Part shown: piece by piece, positions 25,888-38,219 of the stretch
Layout of the letters: each line of letters starts with the position of its first letter
Numbering within the stretch: the first letter of the stretch is position 1
NCBI RefSeq assembly: GCF_006345805.1
Contig: NC_043009.1
Coordinates: forward strand, 68,510,001 to 68,574,000
Direction: 5' to 3'
Source of the DNA: Octopus sinensis
Taxonomy: Eukaryota
Length of the DNA: 64,000 nt
Position numbers and translations under genes: made by a program
Notes under the pieces: model-generated
The model's database searches: none
What the model was told of the DNA's origin: nothing
What the model saw: the letters and a program-made list of their open reading frames with translations, nothing else

Positions 25888-26298
25888 CTCACAGAGTTGT
25901 TTAAAAGTTAAAAGTTTTCAGGTTTTTTCCAGAAATATAATCTAGTATCACACAAAAGACTCCCTTCAGATCAAACTGACAGAAAGAACTCAGCCTGTTT
26001 ACATTTACGCATTTGTAGGTGCCATGTGAAAAGCACTTGATGTTGGTGCCACATAAAGATCACCTTTTACACACTGTAAAGTGGTTGGCATCAGGAAGGG
26101 CATCCAATGACAGAGACCATGGTAAAACAGACAAGGGAGCCTGGTGCAGCCCCCAGCCATAACAGCTTCTGTCAAACAATCCAAACCATGCCAAAATGGA
26201 AAATGAACATTAAATGATGGTGATGATGATGTAACTATGATACAAATCATATTCTTCACATTAAATTTAATTATTCATACATTAACCAAAATATTTAC

Positions 26299-26535
26299 CT
26301 GAAAATCTTACACAATTCGATTTAATTCCTTCTGAACGGACTCCGCCTGTTGTTGGTGTGGGTTGTGGAGGTTGGCTCATCGTAGAAGAAGAACCGGTGA
26401 ACATGGGGTCTCCAAGACGTACGTCCAGTTTGCGACTCCGTGATATATGTACTTTAATGAATTCAACATTGAGACTAAGGGAATCTTTACGAGTAAATTC
26501 AGTGAAAAGATTACCACCATGTTCTTGAATGCAAC
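26299..26535 (-). CDS. BLTP1: BLTP1 exon (GCIQEHGG..RKDSLSLNVEFIKVHISRSRK...NCVRFS), phase 1-1
   Basis: GAATTTCAG| and CAG|GTAAAT; matches RKDSLSINLEFVKVSLSR; correct frame is not the one in the ORF track. Confidence 0.94.
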
Positions 26536-26901
26536 CTGAAATTCAATGAAGAGAAATAATATTATCAATTTAGGTTTGTTTTCTTCCCCATTTCATTTTA
26601 AGGATACTATATCAGTTTCTTAAAAGGTTACAAATTTTTAATGGAGGGAGTTATTTTATCTTCATAACAGAGAATGTAATATTACAGATTTCACAGAATT
26701 ATACATAAATGAAAATGTAATTTTAAAGAAAAATAAATCCATTTCTCAGGACACAAATTTTTAGGGGTATAAGTGAATCCCTCACATATACACACCTCAG
26801 TAAAAGCCTTGAATTATCTTACCTAGCCCTAAAGATACAGAAGACAAATTTAACTACAGTAAGATTGGAACCCAGAACACAATGGAACAAAACTAAATAT
26901 T

Positions 26902-27116
26902 CTTTTCTACTCAAGGTACAAGGCCTGAAATTTTGGGGGAGGGGGCTAGTCGATTAGATCAATCCCAGTATGCAACAGTATAGAACTTTGCCTTTCATCC
27001 AAAAGGATGAAAGGCAAAGTCGACCTCAGCGCAATTTGAACTCAGAACGTAAAAACAGACGAAATACCACTGAGCATTTCGCCCTGTGTGCTAATGTTTC
27101 TGCTAGCTTGCCATCT
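26902..27116 (-). mobile_element. Nin/Deu-like SINE
   Basis: Same diagnostic blocks. Confidence 0.82.
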
Positions 27117-27724
27117 TGACAAAACTAAATATTGTCAGACATTAAGCCCAATAGTTCAGTGTACAGCACTGACTGCTTAAAGAAATCAATCCACTTGATC
27201 CATGGATGTCTATGTAGAGCAGCGATCAGCCACAAGTGGGTAGGACTTGGTAACATGTACCATGCTTTCACTAGTTGTTTGCTAGTACTCATGTAGTTGT
27301 GAGTAGACATGGGCTCCCTTTTGGCCCCCAAACCCTTGATCGAGAGAAACACACAAGATATGACAGCTGAAAATAGGGAGAGAGCTGCACCAGCAACTGG
27401 CAGGTACTAATTCACAACATGAAATGAAGTGCCTCACTCAAAGACAATGCACCACCCAGCCCAGAAACTGAACTCACAACCTTATGAACACAAGCCAAAT
27501 ATTCCTAACCCCAAGGCCATATGCCTTCACATTGCCTATGTATTACGGTTAATTTTGAAACAATCAAGAATTCGTGGGATTATGTAAAATAAGCAACTTT
27601 ATCACAAGACTAATTTTTGGAACATACAAAACATTTCTGAAAAATTATGATGGCAGACAGATTAGAACCAGCATTGGTCTCAAGTGGAATGGCATCAAAA
27701 TGATTAAACATCATTAACCCTTTA

Positions 27725-28050
27725 GGGGGGTTCCGAAACAGGTCTCAGGGAGCAGTGTCCCTGCCTTCCTGAGCTAGTTTTCCACCACATTTCTTAAAAA
27801 TCATGGAAGCGGCCTTGGGCTCAGGACCACTCATGTCTAGAAACTGAGGTTGGGAGTAAGCAAGGGCATGCTCCCCATAGAAAATCCAGCTCCAGAAAAG
27901 CCTCATGATAGCAACAGAGAATGGGCACCAGCCAGCCCAAAGGTTGGGGTGGGCTGCACATGCCTACTTCAGTTGCTATGTCATTGAGGTAGATCTGGCC
28001 ACCCTTGTTAACGGGGACAAAACCCAGATTTAAAACACTGGATGATAATG
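27725..28050 (+). mobile_element. (GAT)n-tailed SINE-like element inserted into a piggyBac-type MITE
   Basis: An inverted homologous copy of the same extent lies at 59068-59392. Confidence 0.8.
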
Positions 28051-28259
28051 TCTGGTCGAAATATTCTACCTATTTCATGTTCAAACTGGCTAGATACAGC
28101 TTCTCACACCTACCCTACAATGTCATTTTAAAAATAAACAATCACATCATCAAAATCTCAAAGCCATGAAATAACAAACGATTAATTAAAATCAATGAGA
28201 ATAAATAAACACTACACATGGCAAAGTAATCTGAATGTTAAAGGGTCAAAACTACTTAC

Positions 28260-28565
28260 CAAGTTCTGATTTCTGGAATCCCCCCAGATAGCCTGGAGAT
28301 CCAACGGTCTGTTGTTTTCTTTGTCCTCCCCCATAAGGATGGAATATATACAATGAGAAATTTGTCAAACAAGCAGTAAAACTAAGTCCACCGGAAGAGG
28401 TGAGCTGGGCTTGGCTTGTGTATTCTGATGCAGTACTACTGACACGAGGTCGCATCCCACCATGTCCCAGAGTGCCACCAAACGTAGAACCACTGCTGCC
28501 CGTAGAGCTGTCCTGGTTTCCACTGTAGTTTCTTTCTCGGTGAACTGACGGCGATCGTTTGTGGT
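28260..28565 (-). CDS. BLTP1: BLTP1 exon (HKRSPSVH...GGLSFTACLTNFSLYIFHPYGGGQ...KSEL), phase 1-1
   Basis: TCTTTGTAG| and TTG|GTAAGT; matches GLSFTACMSDFSLYVFHPYGAG. Confidence 0.95.
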
Positions 28566-28600
28566 CTACAAAGAAAGACAATGATAATAATAATAAATAA

Positions 28601-28810
28601 CTCTTTCTACTGGAAGCACAAGGCCTCAAATTTGGGGGAAGGGATTAAGTTGATTTATATTGACTCCAGTGCGTAACTGGTACTTCTTTCACAGACCCCA
28701 AAAAGAATGAAAAGCAAAGCCAACCTCAGCGGAATTTGAACTCAGAACATAAAGATGGACAGTATACCACTAAGCATTTCGCCCAGCATGCTAACGATTC
28801 TGCCAACTCA
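28601..28810 (-). mobile_element. Nin/Deu-like SINE about 35 nt upstream of the 28565 acceptor
   Basis: Same diagnostic blocks. Confidence 0.82.
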
Positions 28811-28829
28811 TTATGATAATAATAATAAC

Positions 28830-29102
28830 TAATTCGTTTATTGGCCACAAGGGCTAACAAAAATCAATTAAAACAAAGGGACAAAACACAGGACGAAGGT
28901 TACAAAGGGTTTTGTCCGTTTGAAAAAAGTCCGTATACAAAAGCAGGATATCAACGAAATATAAGTAACAAAACTCCCAATAGGGGGAGGTGCTTTGAAA
29001 GATTACTCGTGGAAAAACCCATAAAAGCCACGGGAGCCTGGTAAAAAGGTGGGTAGAGAGCCCCTTTTATATTTCCTTTTAAATTTTCACAGGTGTATCC
29101 TC
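28830..29102 (-). mobile_element. 5'-truncated retroelement 3' end inserted in an (AAT)n tract
   Basis: Flanked on both sides by (AAT)n; minus strand ends TTAGCCCTTGTGGCCAATAAACGAAT; class (L1/Tx1-like 3' UTR) is inferred. Confidence 0.5.
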
Positions 29103-29135
<33 letters not shown>

Positions 29136-29169
29136 GACCCATAATAAAAAGCACAATAGTGCAACTTAC

Positions 29170-29424
29170 TTTTGGCTTTCAATGGAGGTGTTCCCTCTCC
29201 AATGACATTCTCATCTGTTCCTTTAGTCGAGAAAACCGTCTCAAGTGACGGCACTTGAATCATGCATTCAACGCGTGACATTGGTGCACAGTTGAATCGA
29301 ATGACAGACGAATCAACACGTATGAATACGACGACGTCTACAGGGAAAGAGGCATAGGCAGCTGGTAGACCAAGGGACGTTGTAGAAGCGTCCAAATCCA
29401 TCAAGACTTGACCCACTAACTCAG
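29170..29424 (-). CDS. BLTP1: BLTP1 exon (AELVGQ...AYASFPVDVVVFIRVDSSVIRFNCAPMSRVECMIQVPSLETVFS...LKAK), phase 1-1
   Basis: GTTTCAG| and |GTAAGT; matches AYSSFPVDVVVYVRV..SRVECML. Confidence 0.96.
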
Positions 29425-29960
29425 CTGAAACAACAAAGAACAGACAAAAAGTAAGAGACACAGCTTCAGTAATTTGACAATAATTATAAAATCAAGGAGA
29501 CAATAACAACACAACAGCTGGAACAAGAACAAGAGAGACATTCTTAATCTATTCTATTTATTTCTATCCATTATGATTATTCGTATACAATCACAAACCA
29601 GAATTGCATTCACCTGCCCACCACCACCAAGAGCTAGGAAAGGGAATGACTCAGAGGAGATACAAACTCCAAAACAAAGGCTCAGATTGTATTCTTGCAA
29701 ATAGTTTTGTCCAGCAGAATGAATAAATATAACCTTGAAATTTAATCAGTACTGTAAATTAGTTTCAAATTTTGGCACAAGGCCAGCAAGTTGATTACAT
29801 CAATCCCAGTGCTCAACAGGCATCTATTTTATCGATCTCAAAAGGATGAAAGGCAAAGTCAACCATAGCAGAATTGGAACTGAGAACAATAGTGATGGGT
29901 GAAATGCTGCTAAGCATTTTGTGTGACATGTTAACGACTCTGCCAGCTCACTGCCTTAAT

Positions 29961-30258
29961 TCATCATCATCGTTTAACGCCCATTTTCCATGTTGGCATG
30001 GGTTGGACGGTTCAACCGGGGTCTGGGAAGCCAGGAGGCTGCACCAGGCTCCAGTCTGATCTGGCAGTGTATCTACAGCTGGATGCCCTTCCTAACACCA
30101 ACTACTCTGAGTGTAGTGGGTGCTTTTTATGTGCCACTGGTACAGGGGTCAGAGGGAGCTGGCAACAACCACAATCGGTTGGTGCTTTTTACATGCCACT
30201 GGCACGGAAGCCAGTCAAGGCGCCACTGGCATTGACCATGTTCAGATGGTGCTTTTTA
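29961..30258 (-). mobile_element. (CAT)n-tailed RTE-type SINE (other copies at about 991, 19324, 19775, 23958, 26020, 32880, 43398, 48274, 55617, 61862)
   Basis: CATCATCATCGTTTAACG..CATGGGTTGGACGG..CTACAGCTGGATGCCCTTCCTAA signature recurring across the window. Confidence 0.85.
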
Positions 30259-31027
30259 CAAATTAATGGATGAATTTCACTGATACAAAATGGCAATCCT
30301 ACACGTAATTAATGATCAAAAAACAGTGAATCTAAAATGTTTCCCAGCAGCTCCTTTTTTGCACTTACAACAGACAAAACTAATTTGACCCTTTAATGCA
30401 AATGATAGACCAGGGTTAAAAGAAAACAAAAAAAAAAACATTTTCATGTTTCTATGAGAAAATCAGCATCAAAATTGTTTTACAGAAGCCCTGTTTCTTT
30501 CCCTTTGAAGGAAGATTTTAAAAAGAGAAAAGTTAACTTGATAAAGGATATCAGAAAATGCAAAGTTATATACATAGAAAAATGAATCTTCATTATGCAG
30601 TTAATAATCTACTCATATCTGTAGAAGTAGATGTCATCAACCATTCTACTTTTTAATAAGCAAAGTTTTTTGTTTTTTATTCAAGGTTTCCTCCAAGAGA
30701 ACATTTTACAAAAATTCTTGGCAATGTCTCATTCTCTCTCATTACTGGTGCCACATGAGACAATTTTTCCTCACAGCACTTTTGACACCAAGGGAAGTAA
30801 GCCAAAAGTCAACAGCTGCTTAAAGGAGGAATTAGTTGTTACTCTTAAACATTACATTAAACTCAATAAACATGACTGTTATTAATACCGTTACTAATAT
30901 CACTAACGAGCTGTGCACCATTGATAGTGTTACAGATTAGGAATATACGGAGATATGGCCAAAGTGCTCTCTGTTGGGAAAAATGGACAGTAAACAATTG
31001 ATGTATTTCACATCTAAAACAACAACG

Positions 31028-31140
<113 letters not shown>

Positions 31141-31144
31141 CTAC

Positions 31145-31232
31145 CTTTCTTCGTGGAAAATGGTTGAGACAGTGGTAATGGTTCCAATGCTTGTTCAAGG
31201 AAATCAAGTAAATAGGGGCTGATAATCATTTC
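31145..31232 (-). CDS. BLTP1: BLTP1 exon (EMIISPYLLDFLEQALEPLPLSQPFSTKK), phase 0-1
   Basis: ATTTTCAG| and AAG|GTAGAT; matches EMVISPCLLDFLEKALE. Confidence 0.94.
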
Positions 31233-31904
31233 CTGAAAATGTCCAAAGAGAAAAATTCTTGATGGGTGAACTCAAGAGTTGAAAATACACCCTACACCAC
31301 CCCACACTGCCCCTCCACACACATAATACCATAAAATACAAGAAGTTATCATCGAAAATGAAAAATTAGTTGAAAATGAAACTTGAAATTTAAACGCTGG
31401 ATTCACATTGAAACATTTTAAATAATTGAGGAATTTTTATACATTTCTTCTGAGTAAATAATTTCTCATTTGCGCAAGCGTGGCTGTGTGATTAGGGAGT
31501 TCACTTTGCAATCCTGAAGTTTTGGGTTCAGTCTCCATTGTGTGGCACCTTGGACAAATGTCTGTTACAGCCCCAGGATGACCAATGTTTTGTTAGTGAA
31601 TTTGATAGAAGGAAATTGTATAGAAGCCTACACACACTGTTTCTATTCTTCAAATTTTACTCATGTGGCATTGGTCACAGGAGAAGATATTACCCTGGCC
31701 AATCAAAAGATTAATTTTTGAAGAAGAAAGTTAATCAAATTGATTCAAGTATATTGTCAATAACTGTCTTAGCTGCCCTAGGGAAGTGTAAGATAATATC
31801 AACCTCAACAATATTTGAAGTCAGAACAGGAGGAGGGCGAGAAAGGAAGAAAGGACAGAAGGAGAAAGAGAGGGAGAAAAGTACAGAGAGAGAGAATTAG
31901 ATAT

Positions 31905-32325
31905 TCTTTTTTACACTAGGCACAAGGCCCAACTTTTTTTCTTTTTGTGGGGGTGGGTGTCAGTCAATTAGATTGAACCCAGTATGCAAATGGTACTTAA
32001 TTTATGGACCCTGAAAGGATAAAAGGCAAAGTCGACCTTGGCAGAATTTGAACTCAGAACATAAAGACAGATGAAATACCACTAAGCATTTCGCCTGGAA
32101 TGCTAACGATTCTGCCAGCTCACCACCTTTGAGATAATATATATTCTTTTCTACTCTAGGCACAAGGCCCGAAATTTTAAAGCAGGGCGTGCAATCAATT
32201 GGATTGACCCCAGTATGCAACTGGTACTTAATTTATTGACCTCGGCAGAATTTGAACTCAGAACAGATGAAATACCGCTAAGCATTTTGTCCGGTGTGCT
32301 AACATTTCTACCAGCTTGCTTCCTT
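31905..32325 (-). mobile_element. Two tandem Nin/Deu-like SINEs
   Basis: Same diagnostic blocks. Confidence 0.82.
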
Positions 32326-33700
32326 TGAGAGAATTAGATATCATGATGTATATTGTGGCAAATTGGAGAAGTCATGAGAATATCAAAAAGAATCCGAGCA
32401 GTATTCTGGATCTCTGCATTCTGAGTTCAAATTTCACTGAGATCAATACTGATTCATCTTTTTCAGAGTTCATAGAAAAAGCACCAGAGGGATGCTGTAG
32501 ATGGGTGGAAGTAGTAGAGACTCTGATGGGATGACTTGCACTGTCTGTTGCAGCTCTTTGGATCCTGAGTTCAAATTACACCTAGGTGTCAATAGCTAGG
32601 GAAAATCACTTGGCTACATTAGTATCCAGTCCAACCGAAATAGGCTCATATGAACAGGTAGGCATACAACCAGCATAGGTAAGACAACAAAGTGATGCTG
32701 AGGCAATGACTGAATGGAAATATTGACCATTTTGCCACCTGTTTCAGTTAGCTTCTTTCTGGCAATTTGCTTAAGAAGATACTTCAAGCTTAGTAAAACT
32801 GTGACCATCCATACATACAGGCATGTCCCTTACGGTCATGCCATACCCACATCAGCAGAGATGTCCTTGTCACACAGGAACTGGTGCCACATAAAAAAAC
32901 ACCCATGCCAGTGCTACATAAAATGCACCCAGGTCTCTCTGTAAAGTGGTTGTCGATGGGAAGGTCATCCGGCTGTAGAAATTATGCCAAAACACAACCG
33001 AAACCTGGACAGCTCCCTGGCTGGCCAACTCCATCCAAACCCATGCCAACATGGAAAAACAGATGTTAAATGATGATGACTGATACACCTGCCATCATGA
33101 TGGTGAGTATCTTATTACAGTACAGCAGTTTATCCATTTTACTGTGATATGTTTGGACTTAAAATAATATAAAACCCTCAAACGACTTAACTGAATCTAA
33201 TTGGCTTGGGTGTACAATGACTGCCCATCAAGTTCTGATACATGGTTTGTTTGGACTGAAGCAATATGAAATAAAGTGTCTTGCTCAAGGATACAACATG
33301 CTGACATGTATCAAACCCCTGACCTTCTGATCATAAGCTGAAGACCCCAACCACTGAGCTAGGTGTCTTTATATTACCTTGTCTAAAACACTACACAATA
33401 GACTGATACAAAACAAGCACACAACACTCCTAAGAACTTCTATTGAGTTATCTTCTCCTGGACATTGCCTCAAAAAGAAACTTTCCATATGAAAACATGA
33501 ATGAAGGAAGGAATGAACGAATGAAGGAAGGAAGGAATGAATGAATGAAGGCAGGGAGGGAGGAAGGAAAACAAGGTATTGTATCAGCCTTCAGACAAAA
33601 ACTTCCCATTTTGAGTGTTGAACCTTTAAGTTTTGTCAGTTTTTTTAACAAACGACACTCAACAATTTGACAAAGTCCGAAGATATTCCTGTTGACTTAC

Positions 33701-33895
33701 CTCAGGCAGTGATTGCAAAAACACCCAAGCGTACAAATTAGCTTTCTTTACATTGCTTCGTTTGCTGCTGGGTGTTGAAATTGTGTCTTTATCTTTGTCC
33801 TTTTCTGGGGTCGTTTCTGGAACTAGATTAACTGTTGGCATACCTGGCTTAGCAGCAGGTGAATCTAAAGCACTAGTTTTAGAATTATAGTGAAC
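33701..33895 (-). CDS. BLTP1: BLTP1 exon (VHYNSKTS...VKKANLYAWVFLQSLPE), phase 0-0
   Basis: GTTTTTAG| and GAG|GTAAGT; matches LHYNSKT and VKTAKLYAWVALQSLPE. Confidence 0.95.
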
Positions 33896-34023
33896 CTAAA
33901 AACAAAGGAAAAAACAAAGGGAAAAAAACCCATAATAAACGAATGGTGTCAAGAGTGAAAGAAAACAATAATGGAAGAGTCACATATAAAAGTAAATGAC
34001 AAAGAACAATTAATAGCTGTAAT

Positions 34024-34579
34024 TAGAAGGAGCAATTAAAAAGTATCCAGACAGGTGCCATAGAAAGAAAATAACAACAACAGACATCAACTAAAGATTT
34101 CATCTCCTTTGAAGTGAGTCCACTTCTGAAGTGGACTCACACTTTATCCCGTGTTGCCTCCATTGATGGAGGAATTCCTGGAACGCTTTTTTGGGATAGC
34201 ATCCAGCTGCTTCATCGCATTCTTTTGGATTTCTTCAACATCTAGAAATCCTGTTCCTTTCAAGTGAGATTTGATTTTTGGAAAGAAGAAAAGAGGAAAG
34301 ATCACAGGTATTAGCAAAACTCGAAGCAGACTCTCTGCTCAATTTTCTCAGCCATGGTCACTGATGGAATCCCCCTGGGGTGTGCTAAGACGACCACACT
34401 CTACACACATTGCTTCCTTCCAAGCACTGTTATAAACAATGGAAGTGAATAAGAACATCATATTTCAGTGTGCAGGTGTGACAGAGATCAAGGTTAATCT
34501 GTGCCAAGTGGATTCACACTGCATACTTTAGTTCCATTACCATAGCAGAAATGCTGACACTTTTTGATGAGACCTTGTA
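34024..34579 (-). mobile_element. Internally deleted, decayed mariner element
   Basis: Minus-strand remnant reading (with decay) PKIKSHLKGTGFLDVEEIQKNAMKQLDAIPK, resembling a mariner transposase C-terminus; degenerate terminal repeats with TA ends. Confidence 0.7.
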
Positions 34580-35422
34580 TATATTAGTACTCAAAGCAAC
34601 AGACAGGATTCACACCCTGTATCTATTGCTTGTCAGATAACCACACTATTGATTTCACATAGAACATCCATCTTTTGTTGTTGCTAGTTCCTTCTTGAGC
34701 CATCCCTGTCTCATAAGGGCCAGATTCCTGGTTTCATTGGTGTTTAGGTTTTTCACCTGGACGGGACACCAGACCGTCACAGGCAAACTGCTATATGCAG
34801 GAGGAGAGAGTGAGAGAAAATTGTGGAAAAAGAGTCAGCAGAAGTTCGCCATTACCATCTGCCATAGCTACGTAGAGCTTAGGTGTTTCACTCATAAACA
34901 CACACATCGCCCAGTCTGAGATTCAAACCTGTGATCCCTTGGGCGCAAGTCCGCTGCTCTAACCATTAGGCCATGTGCCTCCACCACCCATCTTTTTGAT
35001 CATTTTAGATTTTTTCTGCTATTTTAACAGCACTAGTTTATCAGTAAAATATAATTCAACAGTCAACAAATGCTAGCAGTACCCTTCTCCTGCAATTTAC
35101 ATTAGATTCTTGGAAGACTAGTGTCTTCACAGTAGCACAGATGTTCATTAATTGGCAAAACTGCAACATGACTCTACCAAACACACAACAAAGAAACCAA
35201 ACACAAATGATACAATGAAAACCTATTTGTCACTCAAGAAATATTTACATGCCACTGAATACAAGACCAATTCTCCAGAAACAGACTTGCAGGAATTTGA
35301 AACAATTCCAGTATGTTAATTAATACCAGCCATTTTATCAGTAACGTTGTTTTATTGCTACTTACCGTATCAACCATTGACAGGATCTTCACTGAGAATA
35401 GAAGCACAGAAGTGGTAATACC

Positions 35423-35890
35423 GATGATGATGATGATGATGATGATAGTGATGGTGGCAATGGTGGCCATGGTAGTGATGACGATGTTTGTGGTAGTGAT
35501 GATTGTGCTAAAAGTGGTGGAGATGAGTGAGAAGGTGTGTGTAAGGGGGGGGTAATAGGGATGATGGTGAAGATGGCAGTGCTGTGAGTGGTGGGGGTGA
35601 TGAAGATAGCGGTCATGATGCTGATGGTGGTGGTGACAGGGAGGAGAAGGAAGAGTGTTGATGATGATGGAGGTGGTAAAGAGAGAGTTGATGACGGCAA
35701 TGATATAATGATAAGGGGAGATTTGTATGGCGGGGAGGGGGGGATGATGACAACAATGATGAAAGCATCATTGATGGTAGTTGGTAATGACAGATGGTGG
35801 TGTTTGAGGACGGTGAGTGTGGAGGGGATGGAGGTGGTGGTTAGGGTGATAGTCATCATCATCATCATCATGATAATGATGATGAAGATG
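35423..35890. repeat. Degenerate (GAT/GGT)n low-complexity tract
   Basis: Directly visible. Confidence 0.9.
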
Positions 35891-35968
35891 ACTACAGAAG
35901 AAGAAAAAAAGGTAATGCCGAAAGGTTGCTAAACCAGCAGTTCCATAGGAGACTGCAGCTGTACTCAC

Positions 35969-36137
35969 TCTCACATCTAAGCCTGGCAAGAAGAATACTG
36001 TGTTCTCAACAGCCGGTGGTTGTACCGGGGGCCCTTTCTTCGTATGACTTGTATGAGTGAATAACGTTGTATTGGAGTCTTGTCGCTTCATCTTTTTACG
36101 GCCAGTGACAGGAGATGTCTCCGGCTTTTTGTGAACC
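35969..36137 (-). CDS. BLTP1: BLTP1 exon (VHKKPETSPVTGRKKMKRQ...ENTVFFLPGLDVR), phase 2-0
   Basis: ATTGCAG| and AGA|GTGAGT; matches ETTVFYIPGVDVK. Confidence 0.93.
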
Positions 36138-36211
36138 CTGCAATATCAAGAAGTACAATAAATGGCAACACAACACACACACACACACAACACACAATGT
36201 CTCATAAATAT

Positions 36212-36446
36212 GGCGGCGAGATGGCAGAATCGCTGGCATGCCAGGTGAAATGCTTAGTGATGCTTCGTCTGCCGTTACATTCTGAGTTCAAACTCTACCG
36301 AGGTCAACTTTGCCTTTCATCCTTTTGGAGTTGATTAAATAAGTACCAGTTACGCACTGGGGTCGACGTAATTGACTGAAACCATTTGTCTGTCCTTGTT
36401 TGTCCCCTCTATGTTTAGCCCCCTGTGGGCAATAAAGAAATAAATA
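36212..36446 (+). mobile_element. Full-length tRNA-derived SINE with Nin/Deu-like core
   Basis: A-box TGGCAGAATCG, B-box GAGTTCAAA, core CTTTGCCTTTCATCCTTT..AAGTACCAG; 13-bp target duplication TCTCATAAATATG at 36200 and 36447. Confidence 0.88.
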
Positions 36447-36480
36447 TCTCATAAATATGCTCCATTTGAAATATGTTGAT

Positions 36481-36688
36481 CCTTTCTACTACAGGCGCAT
36501 GGTCTGAAATTTGTGGGGAGGGAGTAAGTCGATCGCATCAACCCCAGTATTCGACTGGTTCTTAATTTACTGACCCTGAAAGGATGAAAGGTAAAGTCTA
36601 CTTCAGCAGAGTTTGAACTCGGGACATAAAGATGAACGAAATGCCACTAAGCATTTTACCCAGCATGCTAACAATTCTGGCAGCTTGC
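36481..36688 (-). mobile_element. tRNA-derived Nin/Deu-like SINE, inverted relative to its neighbour
   Basis: Reverse-complement similarity to 36212-36377. Confidence 0.85.
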
Positions 36689-37815
36689 AATATATTAATG
36701 CACATGTAGTCAGTCACATGTGGCAACATGTGCTAAACGGTGCCAGTTTAATCCTTCAGCATTCACATTACACGAATGCGAATGCTTACATATTCCCATT
36801 GTTATGACTGACTCCTGGCATCGTCTTGTAGCTTTGAGATTTCAATGAGGTGACTCATTACTTTAGGAATGACATTGTAGGTAGACATGAGAGACCAGAT
36901 GTGGCTAGTTTGAACATAAACCAGGTAGAATATATTGGGCCAGATATGGCCCAAATGCGAAAGGGTTAAGGCATAGGTTTTAGAAGCCACTGCCAGCTGG
37001 AAGGTCCCTTGGAGAGAGAAAAGTCATTGAAAATATCACCTTGTGGGGCAGGGGGGGTCCTGCAGGCAGAGGCTTCCAAAACCTATCCCTTAATCTGGTT
37101 CTGTTTTGTTCATTACAAAACCTTCATTCAACTTTGGTATTAAACAGTAAATTTGACAGAGAAGCTTATGGAGATTTTACTTGGTTCTGTTCTGTCTTAT
37201 GATCAAGGAAACAAGCTTTTCCTTTTCTTCAATTAGATATGAAGTCCCACCTTTATAAAACAACCAGAAATTGTGAGTTTCCAGTAGAAAAAAAAAAAAC
37301 ACGTTATCAACCTTCAAAGGATGAAAACAAAGCTTAACTTAGTGAAATTGGAACAGAGAAAGTAAAAGGTCTAGATGCCATTTTGCAGTTTGTCTGACAC
37401 CACTGGCTGTGCCAATCCACAACTCACACAAATTTTGGGAAATGGGGATAAGTCAATTACACCAACCCCCAGTGCACAACTGGTACTTAATTCATTGACC
37501 CCTGAAAGATGAAAAGTAAAGTCGACGGCAGTGAAAGTTGAATTCAGAACATAAAGAAGGAGGAAATACCACAAGGCATTTTGCCCAGCACGCTAATGAT
37601 TCTGCGAGTTCTCACAAATATCATTAATTATACTACTGGGTCACCTAAGAAAAAGAAGATTGATTTTTAAGTTGGCTCCGCTAAGGGTTCCAAAGAGCCA
37701 CGTAATATTAAACTACATGAAGTGGGTAAAACTGACCACCGAAAGTCACAAGTTCGGAATGTTAAAGACAAGTTTATGAGATCAACGGAATACAAGAAGC
37801 AAAAACTGTGTGTAC

Positions 37816-38085
37816 CCCTTCTTGAGGTCTTCTTCTTTGTTGTCTTTTGGATGCAGGATCCACTTTCCACTGTTAATAAACACTTTGAAATCGAGCTCAA
37901 AGTCTACGCTGGGATCTGGTGTATTGCTTGAAGATGCTGAAGAGGCTGCAGTAGATGCTGCTGTCGCTGATCCAGAGGGTGCACTACCAGGAGGTACTGA
38001 ACCCACCTTTGAAGAACTGCTTGGGGTTGGTGTTGAAGATTGCTGGTACCTCACTTGCTTGCTGTTGTCAAATGGCCTGCCATCA
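37816..38085 (-). CDS. BLTP1: BLTP1 exon (DGRPFDNSKQ...VDFELDFKVFINSGKWILHPKDNKEEDLKKG), phase 2-2
   Basis: CTCTTCAG| and GG|GTACAC; matches IDFELDIRVEIDSGKCVLHP. Confidence 0.93.
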
Positions 38086-38130
38086 CTGAAGAGATACAAC
38101 GCAATTAGCTTATAGTTGGACAAATGCACT

Positions 38131-38171
<41 letters not shown>

Positions 38172-38188
38172 ACGCACATACACACTCA

Positions 38189-38219
<31 letters not shown>

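Noticed and set aside
30886-30970. Possible extra exon after 31145
   Set aside because: The CAG acceptor frame hits a stop; an open frame needs a non-typical GAG acceptor.
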